DNA of 64,000 nucleotides from Escherichia coli (GTDB lineage Bacteria; Pseudomonadota; Gammaproteobacteria; Enterobacterales; Enterobacteriaceae): NCBI RefSeq assembly GCF_022846255.1, contig NZ_AP025682.1; one strand, 5' to 3'. Shown piece by piece: positions 58,225 to 64,000 of this stretch (position 1 is its first letter; each line of letters starts with the position of its first letter). The notes under the pieces were generated by a model. It saw only the letters and a program-made list of their open reading frames with translations, ran no database searches and was not told where the DNA came from. The position numbers and the translations under genes were made by a program.

Positions 58225-60039
58225 CTACTCTCCCTGTTGTCTGGCTGACGGCAGTTTCGTCGCTTTGTTAACGTCATACCACCAGGTATCGATACCCAGG
58301 CTGTAAACAGGGCGTACAGCGGGTTGGGAGAATTTATCCCACCAGGCGAGACGGTCTTCCGCCATGTACCACATTGGCAGCATGTAATAATTCCACGTTA
58401 ATACGCGATCCAGTGCTCGTCCCAACGGCAGTAATTTTTCTTTATTTCCCTGCGCGGCAATAATTTGGTTGATCAGCGAGTCGATAACCGGGCTTTGCAC
58501 GCCGGGGGCATTATAAGTGGAATTGATATATTCCGATGACCAGGAAATCTGTAAATCGGAACTGGGCCACGGCATCGCCCGCCATACGCGCGGCATCATG
58601 TCATAGTCGCGACTGCGCATGCGGTTGGTGATTTGCGAGTTATCCACCTTGCGAATGTCCATGTTGATACCCAGCCGTTGCAGGCTGTGCTGGAACGGCA
58701 ATACCCACTGACTATTGCTGCTTGCGGGAAGCAATAATTCAAAGCTGAGTGGCTGACCCGTTGTGACATTAACGCGTTGCTGACCCTTCAACACCCAGCC
58801 TGCTTCGTTGAGAAGTTTGTCGGCTTTTAACAGGTTGTCACGATCGTAGCCATCGCCTTTGGATACCGGCGGCTGGTAGATTTGCGTGAAGACTTCTGGC
58901 GGTAGATCTTTTTTCATTGGTGCCAGAAGCACCAGCTCCGCGGCGTCGGGGTAATTTCTGGCCGCATATTCGGTATTCTGAAAATAACTGTTCGTGCGAC
59001 TCCAGGCATTGTAAAACAACGCTTTGTTCATCCATTCAAAGTCAAAGGCGAGAGTGATCGCTTCCCGGACCCGGCGATCGCTGAATACCGGACGTTGGAT
59101 ATTAAACGCCAGCCAGCGCGTATCCTGGGCTGATTCGTTCTTTTGCTCATCTTTGATGATGTATTTTTTATCGAAATTTTTACCGGTATAGCGCGTGGCC
59201 CAGTTTTTGGCGTCGTTTTCCATACGCAAATCAAAGGCACCTGCTTTAAACGCTTCAAAGGCGACATTATCATCGAGGTAATAATCGTAGCGAATGGTGT
59301 CGAAATTCCAGCGTCCACGGTTTACCGGTAAGTTTGCTGCCCAGTAATCTTTCACGCGGGAATAGACAATATTTTGCCCCATTTTCCAGGACGTAATGCG
59401 GTACGGACCACTGGCAAGCGGAGGCGTGGCGAGCGGGTCGCTAAGTTTGTGATCTTTCCAGTACTTTTCTGGAAATACCGGCAGCGAAAACAGACTCAGC
59501 ATATCTTCTTTGCCGGGTTTAGCTAACTCAATGCGCACGGTTAACGGCGCAATGGCTTTGACGGTGGTGCCTTTGTAGACCAGACGAAATTGCGGCACGC
59601 CTTCGGTCATAAATTTTTGAAAAGTAAACTCTACATCGCGGGCAGTAATGGGCGAACCATCATGAAAACGGGCACGTGGATTAATAGCGACCTCCACCCA
59701 GGAATAATCGTCAGCATAGCGTGCGCTTTCAGCAATCAGCGGGTAATAACTGCCTGGTTCGTCATCGGAAGTCGTAAATAGCGTGTCGTACAGCTGCTCG
59801 GTGCGTGCGCCCGGGTTGCCGCGCAGTGCATAGCGGTTGAAATTATCGAAGGTGCCGAGGGCAGACAACGTTATTTGCCCACCTTTTGGCGCGGCGGGGT
59901 TCACATAATCAAAATGGTTGAAATTAAATGCGTACCGGGGTTCGCCCAGTACGGCAAAGGCATAGCTTTCCTTGATAGCCTGCGCCTGCGCACCAAAGGT
60001 GAACAGAGCGATAAACAGCAGCAGTATGCGCACAATCAT
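58225..60039 (-). CDS. yejA: Periplasmic substrate-binding protein YejA
   Basis: 604 aa from [19 protein letters not shown] (signal peptide); family 5 SBP. Confidence 0.9.
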
Positions 60040-60120
60040 CTGCAACGGATTTCCTTTTACTCATCATTAGCCGCAATCCGGCATGCTTTCACTATGAATA
60101 ATAAGGGACGTAAGCACACC

Positions 60121-61677
60121 TTACCACTGCGGCGTATACGGTTTCTTCAGCCAGCGAACAAAATCGTCCAGCGGTAACGGGCGACTAATCCAGTAGCCTT
60201 GCATGAAGTTAACGCCGCGTTCGCTTAGCCATCGTGCCTGTTCTGGCGTTTCGACCCCTTCAGCAACTGTCAGCATATTGAGACGTTTCGCCAGCGTCAG
60301 CACCGCGTCAAGTACGGGTGAAGTGATCGTTTCCGTACCGATGGCGTTGATAAATCCACGATCAATTTTCAGATAATCGAGCGTAAAACGCTCAAGATAG
60401 ATAAGCGCGCTGTGCCCGGTGCCGAAGTCATCAATAGCAATTTCTACGCCGACCGAATGCAGCCAGGCGAAGAGTTGTGTGGCTTCTCGCTCTTTCAGCA
60501 TATCGCGCTCGGTAATTTCCAGCACAATCTGGAAATGGTGTGCGGGCAGGGAAGTGAGCAGTTTCTGGATATCCGCTTTAAAGCTTTCGCTGTGCAAGTG
60601 GGCTGGCGCAATGTTAATGCCAAATTTGACGCCTACCGGCAGTACTTTTTCTAATTCTGCGGCATCGCGGGCAATCAACTCAAACAGGTGCTGAGTCAGT
60701 GGCACAATCATCTTTTGCGCTTCGGCAAAGTTAATGAAGGCATCCGGGGGGATTTCACCTGCTACTGGATGTCGCCAGCGTAGCAGTACTTCCAGGCCCG
60801 TTACCCGCAAAGCTTGTGTATCAACCACCGGTTGATACACCACGTAAAATTGTTCGCGCTTGATGGCGGTCATGATTTCTCTGCCTGGGCGCATACGCAC
60901 ACTCATCAGGTAATAGCAGAGAAGTCCAACGAAAGTTCCACTCATGCCACCCAGTAAAAATGCGTACCACACATCGTTCCATGTCCAGTCATCTGCATAA
61001 AGCCGAACGGTCAAAGGAATGCCCGCAATTTTAGTTTCACGGACCGGCATGTCGGTTAATTCATTAACGTTCATCAAACGTGAAGAAAAGGTAGATAGCG
61101 CAGTATTACCAATAATGAGGGCTAGGCCATCGTAATCTTCCTGCCGTGAACTATAAAAGAGTGAAGGCGTCAGGTTGAGATTCAGAGCGGCAAACACGCC
61201 GCTATTTTTCAGCAAAGGGTTGCGATACCAGATGACGATTGCGGGTTTGTTCGGCACCATCGGCGTGCCGGGTAAGATCGCCATATCGACGTTTTTATTA
61301 ATGTCGAGCGCCGGAATCAATTCATTGAGTGGAATGTCCATCTCACCGGTCGCAGATGAACAGAATGTTTTTTTATCTTTTACCAGCACAAACGTACGAA
61401 CATTCATGCTAAACGCCGCGCGGGCGGTCAGTTCGGGGTTAGCCTGCTGGCAGGTATCTAAGGTCAGCGGCTGGAGCCGATCAGTAGTAGATTTAAGGTC
61501 GGCAAAATAGGTATCGAGATACTTTTGTACGTCGGTAATCAGTGTGTCGTATTTGGCTTCGTGCTTATGCCAGGCCACTAAAAACTGAAGGCAGCTCACC
61601 AGTATCGCAATCATCACGCCTGCAACAATGCAGGTAAGCAGGAGCTTACGTCCAGAATTGGGAGCGCGTATAAACAT
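60121..61677 (-). CDS. pdeN: c-di-GMP phosphodiesterase PdeN (Rtn), EAL domain
   Basis: 518-aa ORF; N-terminal TM/periplasmic region and C-terminal EAL domain. Confidence 0.85.
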   Translation of the reverse strand: MFIRAPNSGRKLLLTCIVAGVMIAILVSCLQFLVAWHKHEAKYDTLITDVQKYLDTYFADLKSTTDRLQPLTLDTCQQANPELTARAAFSMNVRTFVLVKDKKTFCSSATGEMDIPLNELIPALDINKNVDMAILPGTPMVPNKPAIVIWYRNPLLKNSGVFAALNLNLTPSLFYSSRQEDYDGLALIIGNTALSTFSSRLMNVNELTDMPVRETKIAGIPLTVRLYADDWTWNDVWYAFLLGGMSGTFVGLLCYYLMSVRMRPGREIMTAIKREQFYVVYQPVVDTQALRVTGLEVLLRWRHPVAGEIPPDAFINFAEAQKMIVPLTQHLFELIARDAAELEKVLPVGVKFGINIAPAHLHSESFKADIQKLLTSLPAHHFQIVLEITERDMLKEREATQLFAWLHSVGVEIAIDDFGTGHSALIYLERFTLDYLKIDRGFINAIGTETITSPVLDAVLTLAKRLNMLTVAEGVETPEQARWLSERGVNFMQGYWISRPLPLDDFVRWLKKPYTPQW

Positions 61678-61779
61678 GATTCCGTTAATTTCCTGAAATT
61701 ACGACAACATTTAAAAGATAACAATGACCGGACTATAGCCTGGATCAAGACGCGGAAACATCATTTTCTCTGATGAATG

Positions 61780-61813
61780 AAAACAAAAAAGCACTGCCTA
61801 AGCAGTGCTTTCA
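61780..61813 (-). terminator. Rho-independent terminator of mepS
   Basis: Minus strand CTGAAAGCACTGCTTAGGCAGTGCTTTTTTGTTTT hairpin plus U-run about 45 bp after the mepS stop. Confidence 0.55.
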
Positions 61814-61857
61814 GTTAACTCGTCAGGATAGCCAAGGGATTGCATCCAAACGGTTTA

Positions 61858-62424
61858 TTAGCTGCGGCTGAGAACCCGGCGTGCTTCGTTGTAACGCTTC
61901 TTCCAGTATGGTTCATTCATGCTGGAAATAATAACACCACTGCTGGTGGAAGCATGGACAAACTGGTTGTTGCCGATATAAATACCGACATGGCGTCCCG
62001 TTGAACCGGCACGGAACAGAACTAAATCACCCGTGCGCAAATTACTGCGGGAAACAGATTTACCCATTTCCTGCTGTTCATAAGTCGAACGCGGAAGTTC
62101 TAAGCCAAATTGCTCACGGAATGTACGCTGTACGAAACCAGAACAATCGATACCTTTTTTAGTGCTGCCGCCCAGACGGTAGCGTACGCCTTTCCAGTCA
62201 GCATACTGATCCATAATTCGCGATTTTACGTCGACATTACGTACCAGGTTCTCAAATTCATCCTGAGAAGCTTGCAGTGATGATGTTTCACTACCCACTG
62301 CACGTGTCTCAGGATGCATATTCTTTGCGGTGTTATTTGCACTACATGCAGAAAGCAGAACCGCTACTGCAATCGCGGGGATCCCGCGCAAGATATATCT
62401 CAAAATCGGTTGAGATTTGACCAT
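61858..62424 (-). CDS. mepS: Peptidoglycan DD-endopeptidase MepS (Spr), NlpC/P60 lipoprotein
   Basis: 188-aa ORF; lipobox LSAC, NlpC/P60 catalytic region (DCSGFV ... H). Confidence 0.9.
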
Positions 62425-62835
62425 GTTGTTTGTTTTCCCTTGAAGTCCTTAACGACAAATATCGTTATAAAAAAATGCCAAGCGACACGAGACTAATTAC
62501 CTGGGCATGTTGAAACAATTCCTTAAGGCCAAATCTGTGGACTAACGCACAAAATTATATGCTGTGAGGATAATCTACCGCCGAGGCAAAACGAGTTCGA
62601 GATTACCCGATTGGTGCGGTCTTGGCGAGCGGTTTTACATGATTTTTTATAAGAAAAAGTGATACAGAAAGTTAATCAGCGGGATTGGTCAATTAAAGTA
62701 CGATTGAGTGAAACGCATGCAATCCATTCATTTACTTAGAGAATGATTTTTGCGCGCGATGGATGAAAGCACGGTGCGCATCATCAGGATTATCCTCACT
62801 ATAAAAATAACCCTGATGATGTTAATTACTGTGAG

Positions 62836-63549
62836 TTATTTGTTTTGGAAATGTTTGTTTTTTCCCGGTAGTGATTTGTCAAAAAAGGTGATTAATCGAT
62901 CACTTAATGGCGTCAGCAACACCCAGGGCAAACCGATCAATATCACGGTCATCGAACCGACAATGATGTCAGTAAACCAGTGTGCGCCAATCATTACTCT
63001 GGGAAACGCAAAAACCACAAAAATAATAAGGGCGATAAGGCCTGCAACTTTGCCGAAATAACGCCACATGAATGCCGAAAAAATAAGCAGCATCATACCG
63101 TGATCGCCGGGAAAGCTATCTCGTGAGGCATCTTTCGTGGGAACAGAGAGCAGTTCGCTGACGCGGTTAATATCGGTAAAAGTCAATGTTGGGCTGGCCC
63201 GTTTTACAGGAATTAATGCCTGACCCAGCTGGTTTAATACCACTGCAGTTAATAGCATGACCAGACCAATAATCACGATACGTCGTCTGCCTGGGGCGTT
63301 TTCTTTCAGCCAGAAACTCAGCATCAACATTCCCATCGCCAGCAGTGAACAACCGTCGAAAGCGCGATTGTTGGTCAATGCAACCAGCCACAAAAAGGCC
63401 TTACTTTCGACCAGTTTCTGATTAAAAAAATAAAAAATATCCGCATCAATCGGCAACCAGAATCCATGATTAACGGGAATATACCAGGAAAGAAACAGCG
63501 CGAGGCCGACAATATTCAACAACACTATTTGTGGCAAATTTTTAATCAT
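62836..63549 (-). CDS. lpxT: Lipid A 1-diphosphate synthase LpxT (PAP2 family)
   Basis: 237 aa from MIKNLPQIVLLNIVGLALF; polytopic PAP2 membrane protein. Confidence 0.85.
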   Translation of the reverse strand: MIKNLPQIVLLNIVGLALFLSWYIPVNHGFWLPIDADIFYFFNQKLVESKAFLWLVALTNNRAFDGCSLLAMGMLMLSFWLKENAPGRRRIVIIGLVMLLTAVVLNQLGQALIPVKRASPTLTFTDINRVSELLSVPTKDASRDSFPGDHGMMLLIFSAFMWRYFGKVAGLIALIIFVVFAFPRVMIGAHWFTDIIVGSMTVILIGLPWVLLTPLSDRLITFFDKSLPGKNKHFQNK

Positions 63550-63587
63550 ATTTTCTCTAATTATCTTACTGAAAAACGCAGGCAACC

Positions 63588-64000
63588 TTACGCGGTAGTC
63601 GCTAAACGAAGCTTCAACAGCGCGCTCTGCAAGGCATTCCAGTCAGCTTCGCTGCTGGAAATCAGCTCAATACGACTGTCCGGTGGCGCAACGTTTTGCG
63701 TTTCAATGTGCAGGTCATCGCCCTGACGGTTGATTCGCACCAGCCCTTCGGGAATACGCATCACGCCTTTGACGCGTTCCACCGGTGCAAGTCGCGCCCA
63801 TTCCAGAATGCCAATGGTGTCGAATACCGTATCAGCGTCGAATATCCAGCCACAGGCCTGATGCCCTTGTCCGCTGTTCAGACTGCGACGCCAGCGTTGA
63901 TGCTCTGGCAGGCTTAACGCTGCTAACCCTTTTTTCACGCTATGATGATGAGAATGTGCGGCGCTGGCGGGCAACTCGGCTAAATTGCGACGCGGCAAAT
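63588..64000 (-). CDS. yeiR: Zinc-binding GTPase YeiR (CobW/COG0523), C-terminal part; 5' end beyond the window
   Basis: ORF running off the window end; His-rich stretch SAAHSHHHS typical of COG0523 proteins. Confidence 0.75.
   Translation of the reverse strand, partial: LPRRNLAELPASAAHSHHHSVKKGLAALSLPEHQRWRRSLNSGQGHQACGWIFDADTVFDTIGILEWARLAPVERVKGVMRIPEGLVRINRQGDDLHIETQNVAPPDSRIELISSSEADWNALQSALLKLRLATTA

Noticed and set aside
62425-62835. 410-bp mepS-lpxT intergenic region as a possible sRNA or hidden small gene
   Set aside because: No clear promoter-plus-terminator pair or conserved structure was recognisable; it is more likely the mepS promoter and leader region.

Overview
This window reads as ordinary Escherichia coli core chromosome, collinear with the K-12 yfaS-ato-rcs-ompC-nap-ccm-yej region in reverse orientation. 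I did not find a novel multi-gene system: every ORF over about 100 aa outside one insertion sequence matches a conserved E. coli gene, as judged from recalled protein sequences (no database search was possible). Gene order is yfaS(partial)-yfaQ-yfaP, atoB-atoE-atoA-atoD (minus), atoC interrupted by IS4, atoS, rcsC, rcsB, rcsD, micF, ompC, apbE, ada-alkB, yojI, mqo, eco, napFDAGHBC-ccmABCDEFGH, narP, yejO, tRNA-Pro, yejM, yejL, yejK, rplY, radD, rsuA, bcr, yejG, yejFEBA, pdeN, mepS, lpxT, yeiR(partial). The points worth a second look are lesions and strain-specific differences: (1) a complete 1426-bp IS4 with a 12-bp target duplication inside atoC; (2) a separate 1-nt frame discrepancy in the atoC 3' fragment; (3) an in-frame TAA at codon 68 of the yejO autotransporter; (4) an ompC allele that appears to differ from K-12 in surface loops. 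Start codons for several genes were moved from the longest ORF to the position matching the recalled protein N-terminus; terminators and regulatory sites are read by eye and carry lower confidence.
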